Position numbers and translations under genes: made by a program | Shown here: positions 30,552-40,366 of the stretch, one piece after another | Position numbering within the stretch: the stretch's first letter is position 1 | Layout of the letters: every line of letters starts with the position of its first letter | Notes under the pieces: generated by a model | Database searches by the model: none | Told to the model about the DNA's origin: nothing | What the model saw: only the letters and a program-made list of their open reading frames with translations | Assembly (NCBI GenBank): GCA_963700285.1 | Contig: CAVOXA010000001.1 | Span: 352,001-416,000 of the forward strand | Origin: an uncultured Chloroflexia bacterium | GTDB taxonomy: Bacteria; Chloroflexota; Anaerolineae; JAAYZQ01 | DNA: 64,000 bases | Direction of reading: 5' to 3'

Positions 30552-31339
30552 AAAGCATTCTTGCATCTTTCTGGGCTGAGGGGCTCAAAGTACGCCGCTC
30601 CAAAGTATCCCTGTTGTCGGCCGTGGCATTCTCTATCCTGCCTCTTGTCAGCGGGCTGTTCATGGTGATTCTAAAGGATCCCGAGGCTGCCCGTTCGATG
30701 GGCCTGATCAGCGTGAAATCCCAACTCGTCGCGGGTGCCGCCGACTGGCCTACCCATTTTGAGGTGCTCTTGCAGGGGATGGCCATTGCCGGGGCCATCC
30801 TGTTTGCATTCATCACCGCCTGGGTTTTTGGCCGCGAGTTTTCCGACCATACGGTCAAAGAACTGCTTGCTCTCCCCACCCCGCGGGGGGCCATTGTCGC
30901 TGCCAAGTTTCTTGTGATGGCGCTCTGGATCCTGGGCCTCACCCTCTTGGTCTTTGTGCTTGGGCTGGGTGTGGGAGCGGTCGTTGGGATTCCAGACTGG
31001 TCAGTTGAGTTGGGGTGGTCATCGTTTTGGTCTCTCTTGCTCGTCTCTTTCCTGGGCTTCATGCTCGTGCCTTTTGTTGCTTTCTTTGCTAGCGTAGGAC
31101 GTGGCTACCTGCCTGCGCTGGGCTGGGCCTTTCTCACGTTGGTCCTGGCTCAGATCGTGGGCATCCTGGGTTGGGGTGATTGGTTTCCCTGGTCCGTGCC
31201 GGTGCTGGTCAGCGGCATGGCCGGGCCGGACGGAGCCGGGCAGGTTGGGATACACAGCTACACTCTCATGCTGTTGGCATTCGTGTTTGGCGTCGGAGCA
31301 ACATTTGCCTGGTGGCGGGGCGCAGACCAGGCGCGCTAG
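30548..31339 (+). CDS. ABC-2 permease (BcrB/LanE-like)
   Basis: Multi-TM; REFSDHTVK..L..P..R...AKF; ATGA overlap with the ATPase gene. Confidence 0.88.
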   Translation: MKSILASFWAEGLKVRRSKVSLLSAVAFSILPLVSGLFMVILKDPEAARSMGLISVKSQLVAGAADWPTHFEVLLQGMAIAGAILFAFITAWVFGREFSDHTVKELLALPTPRGAIVAAKFLVMALWILGLTLLVFVLGLGVGAVVGIPDWSVELGWSSFWSLLLVSFLGFMLVPFVAFFASVGRGYLPALGWAFLTLVLAQIVGILGWGDWFPWSVPVLVSGMAGPDGAGQVGIHSYTLMLLAFVFGVGATFAWWRGADQAR

Positions 31340-31508
31340 CCGTAGCTGATCCAGAGCCATCTTTGATGGCTGCGACCCGCTTCACACGACATCTCTTCGA
31401 TGTACGCGGTGCCGCGCCAGCCTGTAGGTCATTGCTGGCGTGGGGACGCGCCGGCGGTACCCAACAAAACCCCCTTCATCGTGTCACGGAAATCCCCACT
31501 TCCGACTG

Positions 31509-31537
31509 TTGCTAGCCGAGAGGAGCTGTGCTACAAT
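31509..31537 (+). promoter_or_regulatory. Sigma70-type promoter, extended -10
   Basis: TTGCTA (31509-31514), 17 nt, TACAAT (31532-31537) preceded by TGn. Confidence 0.6.
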
Positions 31538-31578
31538 CTGACTGCGTTGGCAGAGAGATTCTCCTGGAGGTGTATCGA

Positions 31579-32526
31579 ATGTCTCAGATGCACGATGTAT
31601 TCTATCCGGACAGTACTGGCAAGGACACATTTCTTGGCCTGCCGGCGTGTGATGATCTGGCCCAACTGGAGGCGGCGGTGGCCATCATCGGCGTGCCAAC
31701 CGCCACGCCATACCCTGGCTTTGGCAATTTCTCGGCCACGACAGCGGCTGCCCTTCGAGCCGCGATGTCCTATTATACGCCTCTCAGCGGGCACTATGAT
31801 TTTGAGATTGGCGGCTCATTGCTGGATGGCCAGTTTGGACCAGTTGTCGACGCTGGAGATCTGGCGACGAGTGAGTCGGATTATGCCAGCAATCGGACGA
31901 TCATTACCAACGCCGTCAAGCAGATTTTGCAGGCCGGGGCGGCTCCCATCGTGATCGGGGGCGATGATTCCGTCCCCATTCCAGTTTTCCAAGCCTATGA
32001 GGGTCGAGGCTCCTATACCATTCTGCAGTTCGATGCGCACATTGACTGGCGGGATGAGGTCAACGGTGAGCGATACGGTCTGAGCAGTACCATGCGACGC
32101 GCTTCCGAAATGCCCTGGATCGAGCGCATCATTCAGGTGGGCATGCGCTCAATGGGCAGTGCCCGGAGGGGTGAGGTTGAGGATGCGTTGGCCTGGGGAG
32201 CAAAACTCATCACCGCCCAACAGGTCAATCGTGAGGGTGTCCAACCTGTGCTGGACTTGATCCCAGCCGGCAGCAGCGTCTTGGCGACCTTTGATTGCGA
32301 TGTGCTCGATTCCAGCATCATGCCAGCCGTCATGTCTCCCACACCAGGCGGGCTCACCTATTGGGACGTCGTGGAAATCCTGCACGGCGTGGCGGCCAGG
32401 TCCCACCTCACGGGTTTCAATCTGGTTGAGTTCATGCCCGGCAGGGACAGGGACGGGACATCTGCCCTAACAGCGGCACGCATCATCTTTAATGCCGCTG
32501 CCCTACTTGCCCGCCAATCTGCCTGA
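31579..32526 (+). CDS. Ureohydrolase (agmatinase/arginase family), GGDD variant
   Basis: GGDDSV, DAHID, DCDVLD, TPGG, VE. Confidence 0.88.
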   Translation: MSQMHDVFYPDSTGKDTFLGLPACDDLAQLEAAVAIIGVPTATPYPGFGNFSATTAAALRAAMSYYTPLSGHYDFEIGGSLLDGQFGPVVDAGDLATSESDYASNRTIITNAVKQILQAGAAPIVIGGDDSVPIPVFQAYEGRGSYTILQFDAHIDWRDEVNGERYGLSSTMRRASEMPWIERIIQVGMRSMGSARRGEVEDALAWGAKLITAQQVNREGVQPVLDLIPAGSSVLATFDCDVLDSSIMPAVMSPTPGGLTYWDVVEILHGVAARSHLTGFNLVEFMPGRDRDGTSALTAARIIFNAAALLARQSA

Positions 32527-32664
32527 GCCGTAGATCGCATTTCTTGTTCATAGTGTGCGATTCATCGCGCCCTTGTTTGGCGCCGAAAGCCACACGCTGG
32601 GCATGGCTTGCAGAACTGACCCAGCGAACTGGTGTTCCGCATTAGTAGAGGAGTTGCCGTGAGT

Positions 32665-33210
32665 ATGAAATGCTCAGCATACATTGCCGCCAGCGTTGAT
32701 GGATTCATCGCCCGGCCCGATGGCGACATCGACTGGCTTCATAAGCCCGAGTATGCCACGCCGGATAGGGACGACTTTGGCTACGCTGATTTCATCAAGT
32801 CGGTGGACATCCTGGTCATGGGAAGCGCAAGTTACGAAAAGGTACTGTCCTTCTCCGAATGGCCTTATGACGAGATTCCGGTTATCGTTCTGTCGAGCCG
32901 TGACTTGGTCATTCCAAGCCGCCTACATGGCAAAGTCAGGATAAAGAACTCCGTCCCAGAAGAACTTGTTTCTGGACTGGGGGCTGAAGGAGCCAAGCAC
33001 CTCTATATTGACGGCGGTAGGACAATCCAAAGCTTCATGAAAGCCGGGTTGATCCACGAGATCACGATCACGCAAATACCTATTATTCTCGGCAGCGGCA
33101 TTCCCTTGTTTGGCTCCCTGGGGGTTGAACGATCATTGCTTCACCAGGTTACAAAATCCTTTGGCAACGGCTTTGTTCAAACGACCTATCAGGTGGTCTA
33201 CGCTACCTAG
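32665..33210 (+). CDS. Dihydrofolate reductase / RibD C-terminal family protein
   Basis: IAASVDGFIA, MG..SY, YIDGG, PIILGSGIPLF. Confidence 0.9.
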   Translation: MKCSAYIAASVDGFIARPDGDIDWLHKPEYATPDRDDFGYADFIKSVDILVMGSASYEKVLSFSEWPYDEIPVIVLSSRDLVIPSRLHGKVRIKNSVPEELVSGLGAEGAKHLYIDGGRTIQSFMKAGLIHEITITQIPIILGSGIPLFGSLGVERSLLHQVTKSFGNGFVQTTYQVVYAT

Positions 33211-33347
33211 CGCGTCTGAGCCAGAGAGTACCCAATGATACTCACCAACACGATGCTCTGGGGCTCGCGGCCTTTGGTCTGTGCCAGGTCGGGGTTTGTC
33301 CCACTCTACAGTGACTCGGTTGTTGCCCAATTAGGAGGGTGTGAGAC

Positions 33348-34292
33348 ATGAACCAGGCACCTGACATTGAAGCGGCTCCGCTTCGTTATGCTGGCGTAGC
33401 CACGCTGCTGCAAAGGCCTCTGGTGAGCGATCCTTCGGGCGTGGATATCGCTCTGATTGGCGTTCCCTATGATGGTGCCACCGAAAACCGGCCGGGTGCC
33501 CGGCACGGCCCTCGGGAAATCCGCAACATGTCCAGCTTCACGCGTGCTGTCCATCACGTGACGCGCGTGAATCCTTACGAACTCGGCAACATCGCAGATC
33601 TGGGGGATGTGCCTTTTTCCAATCCATTTGACCTTCAACAATGCTTCACCGACATTACCCACTTCTATCGCAAGGTCTGTGCTGCCAGTGCGGTACCTTT
33701 GAGTGTTGGCGGCGACCACTCTATCACGTTGCCCATTTTACGAGCAGTTGCGGCTGAACGGCCAGTGGGCATGGTCCACATCGATGCCCACACCGATACG
33801 AGCGACCACGAATTCGGGCAAAAGTACACCCACGGCACGCCTTTCCGGCGAGCTATGGAAGAGGGTTTGCTTGACCCCAAGAGGACGATCCAGATCGGCA
33901 TTCGAGGAGCGCAGAACTCGGAGGAAAGCTGGCATAGCTCTGAGGATGCAGGCATTCGCGTCGTGTACATGGAAGAACTCACTTCCCTGGGCGTTGAGGC
34001 CATGCTTGACCAGGTAAGGCATGTGGTCGGTCAGGGACCGACCTACCTCTCCTTCGATATCGACAGCCTTGACCCGGCCTTTGCCCCAGGTACCGGGACA
34101 CCAGAGATAGGTGGCTTGACGCCCATCCAGGCACAGGCGCTAATACGAGGGCTGGCAGGGCTTGAACTGGTCGGTGGCGACGTGGTTGAGGTATCCCCAC
34201 CTTTTGATCCTACCGGGAATACGGCCCTCGTTGGCGCCACCTTGTTGTATGAGATCGTGTGTGTTCTGGCGGACGCTTTCGTCCGAAGGTAG
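33348..34292 (+). CDS. speB: Agmatinase / guanidino-acid hydrolase
   Basis: RPGARHGP, GGDHS, DAHTD, DIDSLDPAFAPGTGTPE; exact substrate uncertain. Confidence 0.85.
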   Translation: MNQAPDIEAAPLRYAGVATLLQRPLVSDPSGVDIALIGVPYDGATENRPGARHGPREIRNMSSFTRAVHHVTRVNPYELGNIADLGDVPFSNPFDLQQCFTDITHFYRKVCAASAVPLSVGGDHSITLPILRAVAAERPVGMVHIDAHTDTSDHEFGQKYTHGTPFRRAMEEGLLDPKRTIQIGIRGAQNSEESWHSSEDAGIRVVYMEELTSLGVEAMLDQVRHVVGQGPTYLSFDIDSLDPAFAPGTGTPEIGGLTPIQAQALIRGLAGLELVGGDVVEVSPPFDPTGNTALVGATLLYEIVCVLADAFVRR

Positions 34293-34452
34293 AGACTGAA
34301 GCAGCAGCGAACGCGCGTGCTCGCGTAAGGCTGATGCCTGGCTTCAGATGGCAGCTGAAAGGAATAATAGGAGGGAACAAGGCTGGCAGGCTTGTCTATG
34401 CTCAGCAGGGACGTGGCGAAGAGTGGACAGAAAGTGTAGCAGAGAGTCTGGG

Positions 34453-35328
34453 ATGAACTGGATACCGGTCATCATCAATCCTTCTGCGGGTCGAAAGACA
34501 GCGATTCTGGCCGAGCTAAACCAGGTCTTTCGGGCCGCCGGTATCCGCTGGTCCGTTGAGATCACCCAGGCAGAAGGTGATGGGATAGTACTTGCCCAGC
34601 AGCTTGTCGAGCAAGGGGCACATACTGTTGCAGTATACGGCGGTGATGGCACGATATGCGAGGTGGCAACGGGCCTTGCTAGCACCCAGGTGGCGCTTGC
34701 TCTTCTTCCTGGCGGCACTGGCAATGTGCTTGCCTACGAGTTCGGGATCCCTCGTGATTTTGTCGCAGCCGCACGTTTGCTTGTTTCCGAGCATGCTCTC
34801 CGTCTTGTAGATCTGGGAGCAATCGGAAACCGCAAATTCCTCTTGAGGGCCGGTGTGGGTTTGGAGGCAACTGCGATAGAACGAACCCCACGCGAGCTAA
34901 AAGATCGCTTTGGCCTATTGGCGTACGGCATTGGCGGTTTGCAGGCACTGATTGAATCTCGCCCGATGAGCTATGTTCTAGAACTGGATGGCAAGATCCA
35001 CGAGACACAGGGTTTGGTCTGCACGGTGGCAAATTCGGGTCACTTGGGATTACCTGGTTTGAGGTTGTCGCCCAAGATCGACATCGCGGACGGTCTGCTC
35101 GACGTAGTCGTCCTCCAGCATGTAGACCTTAAACTCATCGTGCAATTCATATCTGACAATGTTGGCGGCGCTCTTGAGCTGGGGGTACTTCAGCATTGGC
35201 AGGTCGCACATGCCAGCATACGGGTCGACCCTCCCCAGAGCGTTCAGGTTGATGGTGATTACCTGGGTATGACTCCGGTCGAGATACGCTGCCTTCCCCA
35301 TTCTCTCCATGTGGTCGTGCCGAAATAG
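34453..35328 (+). CDS. Diacylglycerol/lipid kinase family protein (YegS/DgkB-like)
   Basis: INPSAG, GGDGT, PGGTGN, QVDGD. Confidence 0.92.
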   Translation: MNWIPVIINPSAGRKTAILAELNQVFRAAGIRWSVEITQAEGDGIVLAQQLVEQGAHTVAVYGGDGTICEVATGLASTQVALALLPGGTGNVLAYEFGIPRDFVAAARLLVSEHALRLVDLGAIGNRKFLLRAGVGLEATAIERTPRELKDRFGLLAYGIGGLQALIESRPMSYVLELDGKIHETQGLVCTVANSGHLGLPGLRLSPKIDIADGLLDVVVLQHVDLKLIVQFISDNVGGALELGVLQHWQVAHASIRVDPPQSVQVDGDYLGMTPVEIRCLPHSLHVVVPK

Positions 35329-35375
35329 GTCCGCTCGCGCACATTCTGAGATTGTGTCCCCGCGTTGGCATGGTG

Positions 35376-35715
35376 CTACGCCGTGCGCGGCTGCAGGCTC
35401 AAGTACAGGCGTCGCAGCTCCAGGAACCCCACGCTTGCCATGGCCAGTCCGGCGAACCATCCCTGATAATCGCTGATCGCCTGGCTAGCCGCGCGCCACT
35501 GGCTGCCAAAGCAATAGCCCAGCCCGCCATAGAGTAGCAGCCAGCTCAGACGGCCGAGCACGTCCCCGGCCAGGTAGCGGCCGAAGGGAAAGTGGCTGCC
35601 GCCCGCGGCCAGGTTGGTGGGCACGTCGAGGCCGGTGAACAGAACCCGTATCATCCAGGACCGTTCCTGCCAACCCTACGGCGACAGCCATCGGCCAGTC
35701 CATAAGCCCCTGCCG
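35376..35715 (-). pseudogene. DedA/VTT-domain membrane protein remnant
   Basis: R.LFTGL..PTNLAAG...F..Y...D..G...W...YGGLGY; N-terminal part fragmented. Confidence 0.55.
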
Positions 35716-35875
35716 GACAAAGGCCCTGGCAGCCGATACCAGCAGGCCTGATCGATGGCGATCAGAAAAAGGTTCGTACCCTCTAGCTGCTCCAGGACTG
35801 CTTGGCTGTCTTCTCTCCCTGTCAGCGCATTGCACAAGGGGGCGGTGAGCCGGTCTACGATCGCCGAGTCTCTGA
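35716..35875 (-). pseudogene. Internal fragment of a MalT-like LuxR/STAND regulator
   Basis: SAIVDRLTAPLCNALTGREDSQAVLEQLEGTNLFLIAIDQACWYR resembles the MalT winged-helix segment (S.L.R....LC.A.TG...L..L...NLF...LD...WYR). Confidence 0.6.
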
Positions 35876-35935
35876 TCCATTTGCTGCAAAACAGCGAATC
35901 ATGGTAGAATGCTGGAAGGCTGAAAGGAGCCACCG

Positions 35936-36661
35936 ATGAGCTCTTTGACCTCCAGGGCGTTCATCTTTGATATGGATGGCACCCTTGTCGACAATATGGC
36001 CTACCATACTCAGGCCTGGCTGGAGTTGTTTGCCGAGCTGGGGATTGAGATGGCACCTGGACGCCTTGCTCGTCTCATGGGCAGCCACACGACCTCGGAA
36101 CTGCTCAGGCACGTGCTTGGCGAGGGCATTTCTGGGAAAGAGATCGCCAGGTACTCGCAGCGCAAAGAGGTTATCTACCGTACAATCTATGGACCTCACC
36201 TCAGCGCAGTCGCCGGGGTCCATCACTTCCTGCGCGAAGCGCAGGCCTTGGGCATCCCGATGGCCGTGGCTACATCGGCTGGCAGACGCAACATCAAATT
36301 CACCCTGGATGGGCTGGGCCTCAAGGCCAGCTTTGACGCCATTGTCGGCGGCGATGACGTTCCTCAGGGAAAGAGCGGGCCGCAGATCTTTTTGACTACT
36401 GCCCAGAGGCTGGACATTGGCCCAGGGCAATGCCTGGTATTCGAGGATTCACAGTCCGGCGTCGAAGCAGCGCATCTCGCAGGGATGCACATTGTGGTCA
36501 TCGCTACAAATCCACAGGCTGAGGAATTCCGTGGCCTGCCCTCCGTCCTCGATGTGGTGAGCAATTTTAGTGGGTTGGATCCTGCCAACCTGGTCACCAC
36601 GATCGGGCACGCCGGAGAGTCAGGGGCCCACAGGCGTGGTGAACGAGCTGTTCCCGACTAG
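35936..36661 (+). CDS. HAD-family phosphatase (beta-phosphoglucomutase-like)
   Basis: FDMDGTL, ATS, GK, FEDS..G. Confidence 0.9.
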   Translation: MSSLTSRAFIFDMDGTLVDNMAYHTQAWLELFAELGIEMAPGRLARLMGSHTTSELLRHVLGEGISGKEIARYSQRKEVIYRTIYGPHLSAVAGVHHFLREAQALGIPMAVATSAGRRNIKFTLDGLGLKASFDAIVGGDDVPQGKSGPQIFLTTAQRLDIGPGQCLVFEDSQSGVEAAHLAGMHIVVIATNPQAEEFRGLPSVLDVVSNFSGLDPANLVTTIGHAGESGAHRRGERAVPD

Positions 36662-36678
36662 AGAGGTGACTGTGCAAG

Positions 36679-37497
36679 ATGGGCAAAAGAGACGCACACA
36701 AACAAGACTTGGCCAGCCTCTTTGACGGCTTTGCAGCGACCGGTGATGCGGGAGACCTGACTGCCTACCTCTTGGCAAGCAGCAACCTGCCAGGCCCCAG
36801 GGGAAACCTGGAGTTGGCCCTGGCCTTCGGTGACGCTGTTGGGGAGCTGGCATGCTGCGATGCGCCGCTAGAGCCCATTTTGGCGCTGTGTGAGGGCATG
36901 ACAGGGATCTCGGCGGCAGAGGCTCCCGCCAACGATCCTCGCGAGTTCCTTCCTTTCTGCGGGGCAGTTGGGCTGGGAGCTATCGGTGCGGCCCGTGCGG
37001 AACGCTTTGATCTGGCATTGGGGGACCTCCGTGAACTGGCCCGCGATCCCCGCTGGCGGATGAGGGAAGCCGTGTGTTTTGGTCTGCAGCGTCTTTTGGC
37101 TGTCCGCAGCAAGGATACCCTGGCAGCCCTTGGGACCTGGGTGGCAGGCGGGCATCCCCTGGAGATGCGTGCCGTGGCGGCGGGCGTCGCTGAGCCCCCT
37201 CTGCTTCGGGACCCAGCGACGGCGATGATGGCCCTGCGACTGCACCAGGACATTATCTCCCATCTGCTGGACATGGAAGACCGCAGATCCGATGCCTTTC
37301 GCGCGCTGAGAAAGGGCTTGGGCTATTCTTTGAGCGTCGTCGTTTGTGCGGTTCCCCAGGAGGGATTCTCTTTCCTGGCCGAGTTGGCCGTGAACGTTGA
37401 TCGGGACGTCCGCTGGATCTTGAGGGAGAACCTGAAGAAGAACCGACTGGTCAAGAACTACCCTGCGGAGGTCAGTACGCTGAGAGCCTCTCTGTAG
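36679..37497 (+). CDS. HEAT-repeat protein (DNA alkylation repair enzyme-like fold)
   Basis: SNLPGPRGNLEL, DPRWRMREAV, LRKGLGYSLS, ENLKKNRL. Confidence 0.7.
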   Translation: MGKRDAHKQDLASLFDGFAATGDAGDLTAYLLASSNLPGPRGNLELALAFGDAVGELACCDAPLEPILALCEGMTGISAAEAPANDPREFLPFCGAVGLGAIGAARAERFDLALGDLRELARDPRWRMREAVCFGLQRLLAVRSKDTLAALGTWVAGGHPLEMRAVAAGVAEPPLLRDPATAMMALRLHQDIISHLLDMEDRRSDAFRALRKGLGYSLSVVVCAVPQEGFSFLAELAVNVDRDVRWILRENLKKNRLVKNYPAEVSTLRASL

Positions 37498-37551
37498 ACG
37501 TGCGCGAAACGCCTTTGGGGCCTCTAGACAGGTGGAGACAAGGAGTCTGAA

Positions 37552-38466
37552 ATGCAAGAACAGAAACAAAAGCAGGTCGATCTTTTGGGCCCGGTACTGT
37601 TGATCGCCGTGGGCATTGTCCTTTTACTGAACGTGTTCGGGATCCTGGAATGGAGCGTGTGGTGGACAATCATCCAACTCTGGCCGGTATTCCTCATTGC
37701 GCTGGGTCTGGAGATTCTCATCGGTCGCCGCTCGATCTGGGGTTCTCTTCTGGTTGTGATACTGGTCATTGGTATCGCGGCAGGTGCTCTGTGGCTCAGC
37801 CGGGCTGATGTTATGGGAGAACACGCGACGGCTGGTCAAGAGATCAGCCAACCCTTGGAGGGCGTGTCCGAGGCGAGGGTAGTGGTCGAGCCTGGTGTGG
37901 GGGTGCTACGCATTCAGGTCTTACCCGAAGCGGCGAACTTGATCGAGGGCAGCCTCCAATTGGCCAATGGCGAGAAACTGGACCAGGTTTATTCTCGCGA
38001 CGGTGACCGGGCGACTCTTGAGCTGCGGACCACTCAGCACGGATGGAGCCCTTTCCCTGGCAGCTTTGGCCTGCAGCGGGCCTGGGATCTGGGGTTGAGC
38101 TCCGCGCCCCTGCTCCAGTTGAACACCAGTCTGGGGTTGGGAGAAGCCAGGCTGGATCTAACCGGCCTGGCACTCGGTGAGCTTCAAACGGACATGGGCG
38201 TCGGGTTCACAACGGTCACGCTGCCATCCCAGGGTCGCTTTCAGGCCAGCGTTGATGGGGCCGTCGGGATGACAACAGTCGTCATCCCCGATGGTCTGGA
38301 GGCCCGAATCCTTGCCGACAGCGGGATTGCGGTACGCGTGATGCCCGATGGCTACCAGCGTGATGGTGACGTCTATACCTCACCTGGCTATGACAGCGCC
38401 AAGGCTCGGGTAGACCTGACCGTGAGCCAGGCCATTGGTCTGCTTGAGGTACAGGCTCGAGACTAG
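37552..38466 (+). CDS. LiaF/DUF5668-type membrane protein with extracellular beta-rich domain
   Basis: LI..G...LL..FG, WPV.LI..G TM segments; C-terminal G.G...LDL repeats. Confidence 0.78.
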   Translation: MQEQKQKQVDLLGPVLLIAVGIVLLLNVFGILEWSVWWTIIQLWPVFLIALGLEILIGRRSIWGSLLVVILVIGIAAGALWLSRADVMGEHATAGQEISQPLEGVSEARVVVEPGVGVLRIQVLPEAANLIEGSLQLANGEKLDQVYSRDGDRATLELRTTQHGWSPFPGSFGLQRAWDLGLSSAPLLQLNTSLGLGEARLDLTGLALGELQTDMGVGFTTVTLPSQGRFQASVDGAVGMTTVVIPDGLEARILADSGIAVRVMPDGYQRDGDVYTSPGYDSAKARVDLTVSQAIGLLEVQARD

Positions 38467-38516
38467 GAATCGTCGGTAGCCTGGGCTGTGGAGGGCAACA
38501 TCAAAAGGGAGAACTG

Positions 38517-39458
38517 GTGAGTGACAAGCTGTATTTGACTCTCAGGCGAGCCCTCATGCGCTTCTTTGTGCGGCGCTACTATGATGCGTCCTACCATCCG
38601 CTGGGATTGCAGGCTGACGGCCTCGGTGGCTATCTGGAAGAGCATCGCCTGGACGGTGTTCCCTGGATCGCGGCCCAGGAGGCGGTCTGCCAATCCACCA
38701 GCCTGCAGATGATCGCTGCCCAGCACGGCATAGTCCAACCCCGGCGGTACTTTGACTTTCTCATGGGCTTTACCTACGGCGCGAGCCAGATCCCGGGTGG
38801 CCTGGGATTCTATCCAGGTACGGATCCCGAACCTGGCTTTGTCATCGCCGCGCCCTACTTGGGCCTGGAGCGCCGCTTCTATGTCACCGACGATGCCGGG
38901 CTTTATCTCGATGCCCTGCGATACTACCTCTCGCAAGGATACCCGGTCCGCGTCGGATGGGACATGGCTGTTCTGTATGATGGCCTGGAGGCAGCGATTC
39001 CCCATAGCGACGTACTGGTAGGATACGACACAGGCGGCTTCTACTACTATGAGACGGTCTGGGCTCACAATGGCCACTCGCTCATCGGCGGTGCGCGGTA
39101 CGGCCCGCCACAGGGTGCTGACGTCATCGACAGACTGGCCAGCCAGATCGAGGTGCGAGGTACCAAGGTCGATGCCACGGAGATACAGCCTGGCCTGAAG
39201 ACAGCCATCTATGTGCGCCAGGAGAATGCCACTTACCTGCGGGAAGCGTTTCCGGGCGAGGCTGATCTGGAGAAAGCTGCCACGCTATTTGACCAGGCTT
39301 CGGATACCTATAGGGTATTGTTGGCAATCCTGGAAGATGGCATCGTGGACAGGGTGGAGGCGCGCCAGGTAGCCGGCCGTCTGCGCGCGGTTGCCGCTGC
39401 TGAGCGGGCCGCTGGAGAGATTCTACTGGCCCAGAGCCAGTGCTCGCAGTCTGCCTGA
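38517..39458 (+). CDS. Hypothetical protein, possible papain-like (BtrH/C39-like) domain
   Basis: Q.AVC.STS, GYPVRV..D..LY, PHS.VLVGYD...YYYE. Confidence 0.55.
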   Translation: MSDKLYLTLRRALMRFFVRRYYDASYHPLGLQADGLGGYLEEHRLDGVPWIAAQEAVCQSTSLQMIAAQHGIVQPRRYFDFLMGFTYGASQIPGGLGFYPGTDPEPGFVIAAPYLGLERRFYVTDDAGLYLDALRYYLSQGYPVRVGWDMAVLYDGLEAAIPHSDVLVGYDTGGFYYYETVWAHNGHSLIGGARYGPPQGADVIDRLASQIEVRGTKVDATEIQPGLKTAIYVRQENATYLREAFPGEADLEKAATLFDQASDTYRVLLAILEDGIVDRVEARQVAGRLRAVAAAERAAGEILLAQSQCSQSA

Positions 39459-39584
39459 CAACTGCAGACCTTGCTTAGGGTGGTTGGAACTCATTGGTCA
39501 GGCTTTCGTCCTTGTCTGGCGGAAAGCGTCCAGCGACCTGGAGAATACTGTTTCGACACTGTAGCTTTCATCAAGGAGGGAACC

Positions 39585-40232
39585 ATGACCAAACGCCTCG
39601 TACTCGTTGCTGGCAACATCGCCTCGGGCAAGACCTCGCTGACGGAGCGTCTGGGCTCGCGGCTGGGCTGGCGCACGGCCTTTGAGTCGGTGGTCGACAA
39701 TCCCTACCTGGCCGAATTCTACGCCGACATGGCCCAGTGGTCCTTCCACCTGCAGGTCTTTTTCCTGGGCCACCGGGCGGAGCAACACCTGGAACTGGCC
39801 AGCGGTCCGGAGTCGGCCATTGCCGACCGCAGCATCTACGAGGATGCTCACATCTTTGCCCGGGCCCTTTACCATCTGGGCAACCTGAGCGAACGTGACT
39901 TCCATGCCTATCGGGTCGTTTTCGAGCAGGTGGTCACTGGCTTGCCCCGACCTGATCTGTTGCTCTACCTCCATTGTCCGGTCCCTGTCCTTCTGGCGCG
40001 TATTGGGCGACGGGGGCGGGCCATCGAAACCGGTATCACAGGCGAATACTTGTCGCTGCTGGAAACCTTCTACGATGAGTGGCTGCTATCTTTTGACCTC
40101 TGTCCGGTGATCACCATTCGTACGGATGACCTGGACTTTGTCCACAGGTCCGGGCACCTGGATATCGTCGTGCAGCGAATCCAGGACCGGCTGGCGGGCA
40201 AGGAGGAGGTCGTCTTTCCCCCGCTCCAGTAA
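39585..40232 (+). CDS. Deoxynucleoside kinase
   Basis: GNIASGKT, NPYL..FY, DRSIYED..IF, RI..RGR..E. Confidence 0.92.
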   Translation: MTKRLVLVAGNIASGKTSLTERLGSRLGWRTAFESVVDNPYLAEFYADMAQWSFHLQVFFLGHRAEQHLELASGPESAIADRSIYEDAHIFARALYHLGNLSERDFHAYRVVFEQVVTGLPRPDLLLYLHCPVPVLLARIGRRGRAIETGITGEYLSLLETFYDEWLLSFDLCPVITIRTDDLDFVHRSGHLDIVVQRIQDRLAGKEEVVFPPLQ

Positions 40233-40366
40233 TCGCCAAGGCGAACGGCAGGTGACTTTGCTAGCCAGCTCAATCAATACCACCTAGCCCGCCGGCGCCT
40301 TGACGAGGATGGCGCAAACCACGATGGATGACAGGCTTGAGTCTCACAGTGGGCGCCTGCTATGGA

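Noticed and set aside
29640-31339. Lantibiotic biosynthesis cluster suggested by the LanFE-like ABC pair
   Set aside because: No precursor peptide or modification enzymes nearby; likely a stand-alone resistance transporter
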